DNA from: Chitinophagales bacterium
GTDB taxonomy: Bacteria; Bacteroidota; Bacteroidia; Chitinophagales; BACL12
DNA: 59,901 nt
Direction: 5' to 3'
Assembly: GCA_036734545.1 (NCBI GenBank)
Contig: DAIMYJ010000001.1
Coordinates: 8,875-68,775 of the forward strand
The notes beneath the pieces are model-generated. The model did not search any database. It saw only the letters and a program-made list of their open reading frames with translations, and was not told where the DNA came from. This document shows, piece after piece, positions 8,558-18,098 of this stretch (position 1 is the stretch's first letter; each line of letters starts with the position of its first letter). A program made the position numbers and the translations under genes.

Positions 8558-10573
8558 ATGCGGACTACCTTATCCGGACATGCTTTCTGTTTCGTATTCG
8601 CTGCCCTGCTCTCCTGGCAGGCACTGAATGCACAAAGCATACAATGGGCCGATTCGGTCATTGCCTTCTCCTCGGAAAAAAGCTCCAAATTGTTTGGCTC
8701 CTGCCAGCTCATCGGTGCACCTAACCGTTATCCGAATCCTTCATTCAGCACCTGCGCATGGTCACCTGAATTTCATGAAGGTCGCGATACCGAATATGTG
8801 CGCGTGCGCATTCGGGAAGCAGTAGTGGTGAAAAAGATATTGGTGGCTGAGAATCATAACGCCGGACATATCCTGCGGGTGTATATAGGTTCCCCGGGAT
8901 CTCCTGATATATTAGTGTATAACAATCCCAACCCGCAGTCGCTGGGTGGCGGCAGGATGTTCATGCTGGACCTCCAAAAGAATACGCGTGCATTCAGTGA
9001 AGTATTATTGGTGATGGCAAAACCGACACTGAACAATACGTATCAGATCGATGCCATTGGTCTCAGCAGTGCAGCCTCCCCTGCCCTGCCTGCCATCGCC
9101 CTGGCCACCACACCATTCTCTGAACCGGCACAGCGGCTGAGCGACGCGGTGAATTCTGCTTATGATGAAGTGTATCCTATAGTTTCCCCGGATGGCAACA
9201 CCCTGTACTTTGACCGAAAATTACATCCGGAAAATATGGGCCCCGAACGATCGGATGATATCTGGTTCAGTAAACAGGTAAACGGTGAATGGTCCACAGC
9301 CTTGAATATCGGCCCACCGCTTAACAACGACTACCATAACTTTCTATGTGCCATTTCACCGGATGGGAACACGGCATTGGTGGGGAATACCTATGCTCCG
9401 ACCGGACATCCCGGTGGAGGTGTATCTATCACATCCCGCACAAATACAGGCTGGAGTTTACCACAGGCCATTACCATCCGCGCATTTGCCAACCTGAATC
9501 CATACAACGAATTCCATTTATCTGCCGGTGGGAACATTTTGCTGATGTCGGTGGAGATCCCCGCCGGCAAAGGCCTTTTGGATCTCTATGTGAGCTTTCG
9601 GGAATCAGATGGCTCTTTTTCTGCCCCACTCCACCTCGGACCGGTGATCAACAGTGCCGGCAACGAAATGACCCCTTTCCTGGCCTCCGACGAAAAAACC
9701 TTGTATTTTTCTTCCAATGGCTTCCCCGGCTATGGTAATCAGGATATCTACATGGCACGTCGTCTGGACGATACCTGGACCAACTGGTCGGCGCCACTCA
9801 ATCTGGGTGCTGAAGTCAATACGGCCGAGTGGGATGTGTATTTCAGTGTGGATGCCCGCGGTGAGTATGGCTATTATTCTTCCAGTAGATCCGCTGTCAC
9901 GAATCTGGACATTTTTCGCATTAAAATGCCGGATGAACTCTTGCCAGAGCATATTCTCTGGCTCAAAGGCACGGTCACCGACCGCATCACCGGTCAGCCA
10001 GTCTCCGCCGGCATCCAGTACGAATATGGTGAAAGCGCAGCTCGTCAGGGCTCCGGATCCTGCAGCAGTGACGGGACCTATGCGGTTGTGCTGCCGGGCG
10101 ATGGGAAATACCGAATACTCGTGCATGCACCCGGTTATTTAAGCATGGACACCCTCATCGACCTGAAGGACCTAAGTGTTACAAGGGAAAAGATCCAGGA
10201 TTTCTCGCTGGTACCCGGTCGCACCGGCGTGATCGTAGAGATGCGAAATATCCTGTTTGAAGTGAACAGCCATAAACTCACAGACTCCAGCTTCACCGAA
10301 CTCGACCGCATTGCCGACTTCCTCCGGATAAACCCCGGTGTGAGTGTAGAGATTCGCGGGCATACGAACGGCCTGTGCGATGACAACTATTGCAACAGCC
10401 TGTCCACGCGCAGGGCGCGCTCAGTAGTCGAATATCTCGTCGGGCAGGGCATTCCGGCCGAACGATTAACCTACAAGGGGTACGGGAAAACACTGCCGGT
10501 AGCAGATAACAATACACCGCAGGGCCGTCAGGCCAATCAGCGGGTGGAATTCATGATCACCGGGATCCGATAA
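8558..10573 (+). CDS. OmpA-family protein, tandem paralog of the preceding gene (same four-part architecture)
   Basis: The ATG at 8558 lies 3 nt after the upstream stop. Signal peptide MRTTLSGHAFCFVFAALLSWQALNAQ. Motifs are shared with the paralog (CAWSPE, EYVRVR, ENHNAG, YQIDAIGL, SPDGNTLYF, NEMTPFLASDEKTLYFSSNGFPGYGNQDIYMA). OmpA C-terminus (ILFEVNSHKL...RGHTN...RRARSVVEYL...GYGKTLP...GRQANQRVEF). Confidence 0.85.
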   Translation: MRTTLSGHAFCFVFAALLSWQALNAQSIQWADSVIAFSSEKSSKLFGSCQLIGAPNRYPNPSFSTCAWSPEFHEGRDTEYVRVRIREAVVVKKILVAENHNAGHILRVYIGSPGSPDILVYNNPNPQSLGGGRMFMLDLQKNTRAFSEVLLVMAKPTLNNTYQIDAIGLSSAASPALPAIALATTPFSEPAQRLSDAVNSAYDEVYPIVSPDGNTLYFDRKLHPENMGPERSDDIWFSKQVNGEWSTALNIGPPLNNDYHNFLCAISPDGNTALVGNTYAPTGHPGGGVSITSRTNTGWSLPQAITIRAFANLNPYNEFHLSAGGNILLMSVEIPAGKGLLDLYVSFRESDGSFSAPLHLGPVINSAGNEMTPFLASDEKTLYFSSNGFPGYGNQDIYMARRLDDTWTNWSAPLNLGAEVNTAEWDVYFSVDARGEYGYYSSSRSAVTNLDIFRIKMPDELLPEHILWLKGTVTDRITGQPVSAGIQYEYGESAARQGSGSCSSDGTYAVVLPGDGKYRILVHAPGYLSMDTLIDLKDLSVTREKIQDFSLVPGRTGVIVEMRNILFEVNSHKLTDSSFTELDRIADFLRINPGVSVEIRGHTNGLCDDNYCNSLSTRRARSVVEYLVGQGIPAERLTYKGYGKTLPVADNNTPQGRQANQRVEFMITGIR

Positions 10574-10581
10574 GTATTCGG

Positions 10582-11664
10582 TCAGAGCACAGGCTGCATC
10601 CAGCCATGGCGGTCTTCTGTGAGGCCTTTGCGGATGGACCACAATTCCTTCTTGAGCCAGTTACTCACCACGCGATCCTCAACAGGCGGCAGTGGATATT
10701 CCACATCGTTGTAGCCGATCACACCGATCGGCGCTACTGTGGCAGCTGTACCGGTGCCAAAGGCATCCTTCAGTCTGCCGCTACGCTGTGCATCCAGGAG
10801 TTCCTGAATGGTAACATCCCGCACCTCTACCTTATAGCCGGCATCACGCAGCAACTGCAGGCACGAGTCACGGGTCACCCCTTTCAGGATGGTGCCCTCT
10901 TCTGTCGGGATGGTGATCACCGTGTCATCGATCTGCACGAATACGTTCATGGTGCCGATCTCCTGAAGACGGTTGTGGGTCACTCCATCGATCCACAGCA
11001 TCTGGTCATAGCCTTTCTTGCGGATCTCCATAAGCGGTTTCATGGTGGCGCCGTAGTTACCGGCAGCCTTTACTGCGCCGGTTCCGCCGGGGAATGCGCG
11101 AATGAACTCCTCCTGCATATACACACGCACGGGTTTGGCGTAATACCGCGCTACAGGACAACAGAATATGATGAATTTGAACGTGTCGGAAGGTTTGATA
11201 CCCACAAAATCGTCGGTGGCGAATACGAAGGGACGGATATACAAAGAGCCATCCTCGGTATCAGGTATCCAATTCGCATCCAGCTTGACCAGTGCATGCA
11301 GGGCATCCATGAACAACTCTTCAGGGATCTCCGGCATGGCCATGCGGTCGCAGGATTCATTCAGTCGGCGGAAATTAGCGTCCGGACGGAACAGCATAGG
11401 CTTGCCATCAACGGTTTTGAACGCCTTCATGCCTTCAAACACTGCCTGACCGTAATGCAGCGCCGAAGTGGCCGGATGCAAAGCGATCCTGCCCAAAGGG
11501 CGAATGGTGCAATTGGTCCATTTCCCATCGATATAATCAGCCTCGAACATATGGTCTGTAAAGACCTTGCCAAACTGCAGTTCGTCGAAATTGACGGCAT
11601 CTATATGGGAAACAGAGGCCTTGGTGATCTCAATGGGATAGGCGGATTGAACGGTTACGGTCAT
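10582..11664 (-). CDS. ilvE: Branched-chain amino acid aminotransferase
   Basis: 360-aa ORF with a typical BCAT N-terminus (FGKVFTDHMF), SLYIRPF and GAVKAAGNY blocks, and the length expected for class IV aminotransferases. Confidence 0.9.
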   Translation of the reverse strand: MTVTVQSAYPIEITKASVSHIDAVNFDELQFGKVFTDHMFEADYIDGKWTNCTIRPLGRIALHPATSALHYGQAVFEGMKAFKTVDGKPMLFRPDANFRRLNESCDRMAMPEIPEELFMDALHALVKLDANWIPDTEDGSLYIRPFVFATDDFVGIKPSDTFKFIIFCCPVARYYAKPVRVYMQEEFIRAFPGGTGAVKAAGNYGATMKPLMEIRKKGYDQMLWIDGVTHNRLQEIGTMNVFVQIDDTVITIPTEEGTILKGVTRDSCLQLLRDAGYKVEVRDVTIQELLDAQRSGRLKDAFGTGTAATVAPIGVIGYNDVEYPLPPVEDRVVSNWLKKELWSIRKGLTEDRHGWMQPVL

Positions 11665-11731
11665 AATGTTGAAAACAGGCGGTTCAGTTAATTCGGTACC
11701 TTGTAAATTTACCTCCGGCTAACATACTCCC

Positions 11732-12217
11732 ATGCCTGAAAAACTGCGATTCGAAGGAGCTTTATTGGATGAAACGGCGTATCTTATCCCGGATGCCACA
11801 AAACTAACAATATCGCCGACAATTGCCAATGACCTTACTCACATCGTAGCGCCTCCGGTCGAAACGCTGATGATCTATAAACCCGCCGACGGCAACGCTG
11901 TCAGCGATAAAGGTCGCGTAGCCATGGAGCGCCTGATGGCCGCTCTGAAGCAACCGGAGGGCTCCGTTAAGCTGGTCAACATCCTGGAACACCCCGGCCT
12001 CAGCATCGTGCAGATCACCCGAGCAGCCAATATCCGTAACCTTATCCTACTGGGAGTCGACCTCAACATGCTTAACATTTCGATGGAGATAACTCTTTAC
12101 AAGCCATTCATTTTTAATAAGTTAAATATTCTTGCAGCCGATAGTCTGGAAGTGATCGCCGAGGAGGACAAGAAGCTCCTTTGGGGCCGTTTACAACAAA
12201 TGTTCCGATTGACATGA
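11732..12217 (+). CDS. Hypothetical protein, translationally coupled to rdgB
   Basis: 161-aa ORF whose stop overlaps the rdgB start (ATGA at 12214-12217). No motif recognised. Confidence 0.55.
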   Translation: MPEKLRFEGALLDETAYLIPDATKLTISPTIANDLTHIVAPPVETLMIYKPADGNAVSDKGRVAMERLMAALKQPEGSVKLVNILEHPGLSIVQITRAANIRNLILLGVDLNMLNISMEITLYKPFIFNKLNILAADSLEVIAEEDKKLLWGRLQQMFRLT

Positions 12218-12792
12218 CCGATCTGGTTTTTGCCACTGCCAATCCTCATAAGGTAAAAGAAGTGCAGGCACTGCTGCCGTCGGGCTTTCACCTGCGCGGG
12301 TTGCGCGATATCGGTTGCCTGGAAGAACTCCCGGAAACACATGATACGATCCCTGAAAACAGCCTGGAAAAAGCCATGTATGTCCACCGGAAGTTCGGGG
12401 TGGATTGTTTTGCCGAGGATACGGGTCTCGAAGTGGAGGCGCTGGGCGGTGAACCGGGGGTGCATACGGCACACTATGGCGGAACACGTGATGCTGAGGC
12501 CAATATGCATCTGCTGCTACTGAACCTGCGGGGTGAAAACGACCGCAGTGCGCGTTTCAGGACGGTATTCACCCTGATCAGACAGGGCGCGGTGCACCAA
12601 TTCACGGGAATTGTGACAGGACATATCGCCACGGAACCTCGCGGAAACAAGGGATTCGGCTATGACCCGATATTCATTCCCGACGGCTACAGCCTTACGT
12701 TTGCCGAGATGGAACCGGACGAAAAATCCGGGATCAGCCACAGGGCAAAAGCTTTTGCACAACTGACAGCCTTTTTAGCAGCCGGATTTTGA
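12214..12792 (+). CDS. rdgB: Non-canonical purine NTP pyrophosphatase (RdgB/HAM1 family)
   Basis: MTDLVFATANPHKVKEV N-terminus, EDTGLEV and GFGYDPIF motifs, SHRAKA near the C-terminus. The ATG at 12214 is preferred over the track start at 12181. Confidence 0.9.
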   Translation: MTDLVFATANPHKVKEVQALLPSGFHLRGLRDIGCLEELPETHDTIPENSLEKAMYVHRKFGVDCFAEDTGLEVEALGGEPGVHTAHYGGTRDAEANMHLLLLNLRGENDRSARFRTVFTLIRQGAVHQFTGIVTGHIATEPRGNKGFGYDPIFIPDGYSLTFAEMEPDEKSGISHRAKAFAQLTAFLAAGF

Positions 12793-12849
12793 AATTCAAA
12801 TGTTAATATTTACCTTAACGGTGCAAACTCATCCGTTAAATCATTCGCT

Positions 12850-13428
12850 ATGAAGCGTATCCGAATCGACAGAGCTATTTCAGAGGACGACCTGATAAGA
12901 CAGTGCCTAAAAGGCGACAGAGTTTCACAAAAGCTCCTGTATGACCGCTTCTGCTCAAAAATGTTTGGTGTGTGTTTGCGCTATGCCCCTGATTATCAGT
13001 CCGCTGAGGATATTCTGCAGGAAGGATTCATCAAAGCCTTCCGTCATCTGGAAAGATTCCGTTTCGAAGGCAGTTTTGAAGGGTGGTTGCGCAAGATCAT
13101 GGTGAATACGGCCATTGAAGTGCACAGAAGGAAGAATATCCTTTACCCCATTCTGGATGTTGAACAAACAGAGGTGGAGTTTTACGATGAGAATGCCCTG
13201 GATAAGCTGGCTGCAGGGGATCTGATGCAAATGATCGAAAGCCTCTCCCCGGGTTATCGCACCGTTTTCAGTCTCTATGCCATAGAAGGATTTTCACATA
13301 AAGAGATAGCCGAGCAACTAAACATCAGTGAAGGCACGTCTAAGAGTCAATTGGCACGTGCCAGGTACATACTGATGGAAATGGTAGAACAACGAACAGG
13401 CCTGAAACGCAAAGCAAGTGGAGAATAA
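12850..13428 (+). CDS. ECF-type RNA polymerase sigma-70 family factor
   Basis: Region 2 (SAEDILQEGFIKAFRHLERF) and region 4 HTH (GFSHKEIAEQLNISEGTSKSQLARAR). 192 aa. Confidence 0.9.
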   Translation: MKRIRIDRAISEDDLIRQCLKGDRVSQKLLYDRFCSKMFGVCLRYAPDYQSAEDILQEGFIKAFRHLERFRFEGSFEGWLRKIMVNTAIEVHRRKNILYPILDVEQTEVEFYDENALDKLAAGDLMQMIESLSPGYRTVFSLYAIEGFSHKEIAEQLNISEGTSKSQLARARYILMEMVEQRTGLKRKASGE

Positions 13429-14653
13429 CCACCATATCGACAGGATCTTCCGGTCCGGTGTTGAGCGATATGAGTTGAGGCCGTCCGACGATGTGTGGAA
13501 CCGCATCGAACAGGAACTGAGCCAGACCTCCGCAAAAACACACCGCACCATACCTGCTGCCAGGTATGCAGCACTTTTTATGCTCTTCCTGGCCGTTACC
13601 CTGTTGTCTACACCATTCGGCAACCCTTCCCTCTCCCTGTCGCCTGTATCTTCCCCTGAACCGGCACTGGCCGCTTCTGAACAAATACTGAATACGACAG
13701 CCATTCAGGCTACGGCCTCAACTTCTGTGGCCAGGCAATTACCTGTGCAGGCTTCCGCTATAGCCCGATTCACTCAGGAGATCCCTTCAGAACCGCAGGT
13801 GATGGAAACTTTCGCCTCCATCGCTATACCCCCTGTTACCGATCAGGAGGAATTCATTTTCCTGCCACCACTGCCGGAGGATGAAGAAGTCTTCGCTCAA
13901 AATCAGGATATTTTTGAACGGGTATACAACATGGCTGAACCGATCGATATGATGGGCTTCTCTTATATCGGACAGGAACCTGAAGATCAGGAACTGGAAG
14001 TGATGGATGCGCCCACCTATAAAGCGCGCTACAGGGATATGGATATGCGCGGCATGTATATCGGTGTGGCTGCCAGTTATAATCAGGTATCCATCCTGGA
14101 ATACGGTAACGTGTTCAAGGGCACCCGTCCGATACAACCTTCTCTCAAATTCGGTCATACCAAAGGCGTGAAGGTGGGATACAACATCAATAACAACTTC
14201 GGTATCGAAGCAGAATATGTGTATAATGCCGTTCAGGGACAAAACTACGTGATGTCGGAAGACGATGAGATCGTGGAAAAATCACTTTCGCTGAATTATG
14301 ACCTCATTCCCGTTACTGCAAAAGTGAAGGTTGGACGCATATCTGACCTGACAGATAAACCCATTGTGTTGAATTATACGGCCGGCGTTCAATACGGTAT
14401 GCTGCGTGAAGCTCGCATGCCACAGGACAAGCGATATGAAGAATCCGCCGAGGAGTTATTTAAGCACAATGATGTTTCCGTAGTACTGGGTCTCGAATAT
14501 GACGTATACCTGCAGGACAACCTGGTGGTATCTGCCGGTGCTCGCGGAACATTCTCCAACGATATTAGCACCCATATAGAACCGCTCAATGATTACGCCA
14601 AGCGAAACTTTGTTTTTGGCCTCCGTGCCGGCGTAAGTTATGTATTCCGGTAG
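13418..14653 (+). CDS. Putative anti-sigma-like membrane protein with a C-terminal outer-membrane beta-barrel-like domain
   Basis: GTG start overlapping the sigma gene by 11 nt. N-terminal segment IDRIFRSGVERYELRPSDDVWNRIEQEL, one TM helix (AARYAALFMLFLAVTLLSTPF), a P/S/A/E-rich linker, then alternating amphipathic strands ending GLRAGVSYVFR. Confidence 0.7.
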   Translation: MENNHHIDRIFRSGVERYELRPSDDVWNRIEQELSQTSAKTHRTIPAARYAALFMLFLAVTLLSTPFGNPSLSLSPVSSPEPALAASEQILNTTAIQATASTSVARQLPVQASAIARFTQEIPSEPQVMETFASIAIPPVTDQEEFIFLPPLPEDEEVFAQNQDIFERVYNMAEPIDMMGFSYIGQEPEDQELEVMDAPTYKARYRDMDMRGMYIGVAASYNQVSILEYGNVFKGTRPIQPSLKFGHTKGVKVGYNINNNFGIEAEYVYNAVQGQNYVMSEDDEIVEKSLSLNYDLIPVTAKVKVGRISDLTDKPIVLNYTAGVQYGMLREARMPQDKRYEESAEELFKHNDVSVVLGLEYDVYLQDNLVVSAGARGTFSNDISTHIEPLNDYAKRNFVFGLRAGVSYVFR

Positions 14654-14682
14654 TACGCCCGTTCCCTCTTTCCTGCTGAGTA

Positions 14683-17163
14683 ATGATCAAGTGGTTAATG
14701 CCCTTTTTGTGCGGATGGATCCTCCTGGGCACACATGCGTCGTACGGTTCCGGCATCGTGGAAGGATATGTCACCGACTCGCTGAACCAGCCACTTCCGT
14801 TTTGTAATGTGTATTTGCGCAATTCAGGGTACGCCGGCGTGACCAATGAACAGGGATACTATCGACTGCAGGCACCTGAGGGTGAGTACACCATTGTCTT
14901 TCAATTCATCGGTTATCAGCGGCAGGAACGACCTATTGTGCTCACAACCACCCCGCTGCGACTGGATATCGTTTTGCAAGCCGAACTGATGGAGCTGGAG
15001 ACGCTGGTGGTGAGTGCCAACCGTGAAGACCCCGCCTACCCGATCATCCGCAAAGCCATAGAAAAAAGAGCTGCACATCTCGAAGAGATCAATGCCTTCA
15101 CCTGCTCGGTGTATATGAAGGGATTACAAAAACTCACTGAGGCACCTGAACAGCTGATGGGGGTCAAGCTTAACACCATTCTTGATGTTGACTCAAACAA
15201 TACCGGTATCGTGTATTTGTCTGAATCCTCTTCCACCTTTCATTTTCAGCAACCCGATAAAACCCGCGAGATCATGCACGCCTCGCTGGTAAGCGGCAGT
15301 AATTCGAGTTTCAGCTGGAATGATGCGGCCAGTATGCAGATGAACTTCTATAAGAACCTGGAGACGTTGGAAGGGTTCTCCCAACGCGGTTTTGTTTCTC
15401 CGGTGGCGGATAATGCGCTTTTCTTTTACACCTACCGACTGATCCACCAGACCACAGATCAACAGCATACGATCTACACGATAGAGGTAACACCTAAACG
15501 AAAGACCGACCCGGTGTATCAGGGAATTATTTATATCACTGACGACGACTATCGTTTTACCGGTGTGCAGCTGGAGTTGAGTAAATCGAATGGCATTGAG
15601 TTCATTGATACATTCCGCGTGGAGCAGGAATATTATTATGCAGATCCTCAGCATTTGGTGTTGCTGTCCAATAAATTCAGTTTCAATTACAACTTTTTCG
15701 GCATTCAGGGCAACGGATATTTTCACGGTTATTACAGTAATTACACCATTGAACCTGTATTCCCGGCCGGATTCTTTACCGGTGAACGCACACGCATTGA
15801 GTCCGGAGCCAATCAACAGGATTCCCTGTATTGGAGTACTATTCGGCCGATGCAGCTGACCCGGGAGGAAACGGATGATTACCTCAAAAAGGAATCCCTT
15901 GCCCAAAGAAAGGAAACGCTGGCTTATCAGGATTCTGCCGATCGGGTATTCAACAGCTTTCGCTGGAGTCATCTCATTGGCGGATATATCTATCGCAGTA
16001 CGCCTAAGAAGATTCAGATCTCTACCAACCCGATCTTTGATCTCCTACAGTTCAATACGGTGGAAGGGTATGTGATACAGCCTGCTGTCACCATCAGCAA
16101 GCAATTGGATACACGCCGACGGATAGCCATGGAAACCGTTTTACGTTATAGTTCTGCATCACCCGGCCTGATGGCCAATGCGAACATCGTTTACAGGCCT
16201 GATCCTTTTACAAAGGCGCGTTACAGCATCAGCGGCGGCAGTGACATGCGGCAATACAATGCAAGGGGTATCAGTAATCTTTTGAATACTGCGTATACCC
16301 TGCTGCTGGAAGAAAATTATTTGAAGCTGTATGGCCGTGATTACATTCAGGTGGATGCAGAACGGGAATTATGGGCCAATGGATTATATCTTGGCTCCGG
16401 GTTGCAATATACCAATCGCTATCGGTATTCGAATTCCACAAACCTATCGCCATGGATCGAACAGGCGGACAACGCATTTTCTGACAACAACACTTTTGCC
16501 ATCGCCGATGCACCGGTTTCGGTTGAAGGCGAAATGCCGGATATTCTTTCGTGGTATGCAAAAGCAAAGTATGTCATCCGCCAGACCTACATCACCTATC
16601 CGGATGAAAAATTCGTGTATGATCCTGAATATCCGGTTCTCACCGCACAACTGAAATTATCGGCTGCGCCGGCGGCATTTGAACATTATCGGTTTGGCGT
16701 GGCTGAGTTTCAAATGGAAGATGTCATTCAATTGCGTCTGGCCGGCAGTCTGCAGGTCAGCCTGCGCTCATCCGTGATGTTCAGCGACACCCTGCCTGAC
16801 ATAGCGGATCAGTTGCACGCTGCAGGCAACGCAACACACTTTAGTCGCCTCGATGAAAATGGGTTCTTTCTTCTCCCCTACTATCTGGCAACCAATGACC
16901 GGATGCTGCATACCGCACATGTGGAATGGCACACGGATGGTTTCCTGTTCAGAAAGCTGCCGCTGTTCAAACAACTGAAAATGGATCCCGTATTCAGCGT
17001 CCATTTTCTGCATAGTCCGGTCACAGGAGTATACACGGAAATGGCCGCAGGTGTTGAACACCTGTTCAACTTTCTGCGCATCGATGTAGCCTATACGCCC
17101 TATTCTTCAGATATTTACACGGACTTACCGACATGGCGAATATTGGCAGGCATTGGGTTTTAG
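14683..17163 (+). CDS. DUF5686-like protein with an N-terminal carboxypeptidase-regulatory-like domain
   Basis: Signal peptide followed by GIVEGYVTDSLNQPLPFCNVYLRNSGYAGVTNEQGYYRLQAPEGEYTIVFQFIGYQ (CarboxypepD_reg pattern). The ~820-aa length is typical for this Bacteroidota family. Confidence 0.8.
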   Translation: MIKWLMPFLCGWILLGTHASYGSGIVEGYVTDSLNQPLPFCNVYLRNSGYAGVTNEQGYYRLQAPEGEYTIVFQFIGYQRQERPIVLTTTPLRLDIVLQAELMELETLVVSANREDPAYPIIRKAIEKRAAHLEEINAFTCSVYMKGLQKLTEAPEQLMGVKLNTILDVDSNNTGIVYLSESSSTFHFQQPDKTREIMHASLVSGSNSSFSWNDAASMQMNFYKNLETLEGFSQRGFVSPVADNALFFYTYRLIHQTTDQQHTIYTIEVTPKRKTDPVYQGIIYITDDDYRFTGVQLELSKSNGIEFIDTFRVEQEYYYADPQHLVLLSNKFSFNYNFFGIQGNGYFHGYYSNYTIEPVFPAGFFTGERTRIESGANQQDSLYWSTIRPMQLTREETDDYLKKESLAQRKETLAYQDSADRVFNSFRWSHLIGGYIYRSTPKKIQISTNPIFDLLQFNTVEGYVIQPAVTISKQLDTRRRIAMETVLRYSSASPGLMANANIVYRPDPFTKARYSISGGSDMRQYNARGISNLLNTAYTLLLEENYLKLYGRDYIQVDAERELWANGLYLGSGLQYTNRYRYSNSTNLSPWIEQADNAFSDNNTFAIADAPVSVEGEMPDILSWYAKAKYVIRQTYITYPDEKFVYDPEYPVLTAQLKLSAAPAAFEHYRFGVAEFQMEDVIQLRLAGSLQVSLRSSVMFSDTLPDIADQLHAAGNATHFSRLDENGFFLLPYYLATNDRMLHTAHVEWHTDGFLFRKLPLFKQLKMDPVFSVHFLHSPVTGVYTEMAAGVEHLFNFLRIDVAYTPYSSDIYTDLPTWRILAGIGF

Positions 17164-17180
17164 TATCGGTTATCTGTGGC

Positions 17181-18098
17181 ATGGCCATGTTGCTCGTGAG
17201 CGCATCCGGCAGTCGGTGTCCTGACAATAGTACTCCGTTCTCCCCTATTGCTGATCTCGGCGAAAAGTCTTTTGAAGGATTTGCCGGCGGATTATATCCT
17301 GAAGGTAATACTATTCCATCACCACATTTCACCACGGGTATGCAAAATGCCAGTGCGATCATTCCCCGCGACACTGCAGGGCGACCGGATCAGCACGGCG
17401 CCATAGGTATGCTCATCCTCGGTTACAGCACGGCTGCGATGACCGGGAGGACATTCAGAGAAATGTATCAGCTCATGCATCCCGAAAGTCCGCTTAAGAT
17501 CATCATTGGCGCACAGGGCGGACGCGATATCAATTCTATGACAGACATCCGCTCGGATTATTGGGACAGCGTAGATGTTTCCATTCGCGCGGCCGGCCTC
17601 ACCACACGGCAGATACAGGTTATCTGGATCAGCACGGGTGATATTTTAAGTCATACACTTCCTTTTCCCGATCAGGCCGAAGTGCAAACCGAAAAATACA
17701 GAACTGTATTGCAGCATATACGCATACGCTATCCGGATGCGCAGATCGTATTTCTTTCCGACAGACCATATGCCGGTTATATCGGCATCGGTGAACCACC
17801 CGGCCCGAAGGAACTGGCTGAACCCAGTGCATACTATCACGGATGGTCGGTGAAATGGGTCATAGAACGCCAGATAACGGGTCAGGCCGGCTACGGTCAG
17901 GATTCCATGCCTTTTATCGACTGGGGCCCTGCATTATGGACAAATGGGACGAAGGGAGATGCCGTTGGATATGACTGGGATTGTAGAGATGCAGGAAAAG
18001 GAGGGATACACCCTTCTTCCAAAGGAAGAATGAAAGAGGCGGCTCGTGCCTACCATTATTTTGCAGCACATCCGTATGCTGCGCAATGGTTCAAATGA
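17181..18098 (+). CDS. Hypothetical secreted protein (possibly an SGNH/GDSL-like hydrolase fold; tentative)
   Basis: The ATG at 17181 (MAMLLVSASGS) avoids overlapping the upstream gene. Weak SGNH-like blocks (LILGYSTAAM, GAQGGRDIN, GGIHPSS). No firm family assignment. Confidence 0.55.
   Translation: MAMLLVSASGSRCPDNSTPFSPIADLGEKSFEGFAGGLYPEGNTIPSPHFTTGMQNASAIIPRDTAGRPDQHGAIGMLILGYSTAAMTGRTFREMYQLMHPESPLKIIIGAQGGRDINSMTDIRSDYWDSVDVSIRAAGLTTRQIQVIWISTGDILSHTLPFPDQAEVQTEKYRTVLQHIRIRYPDAQIVFLSDRPYAGYIGIGEPPGPKELAEPSAYYHGWSVKWVIERQITGQAGYGQDSMPFIDWGPALWTNGTKGDAVGYDWDCRDAGKGGIHPSSKGRMKEAARAYHYFAAHPYAAQWFK

Noticed and set aside
10606-11691. 361-aa ORF on the + strand covering the whole of ilvE in antisense
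   Set aside because: It mirrors a confidently identified aminotransferase gene. Its product is His/Arg/Gly-rich with no recognisable motif. Gene-length stop-free antisense frames are a known by-product of codon bias in moderately GC-rich genes.
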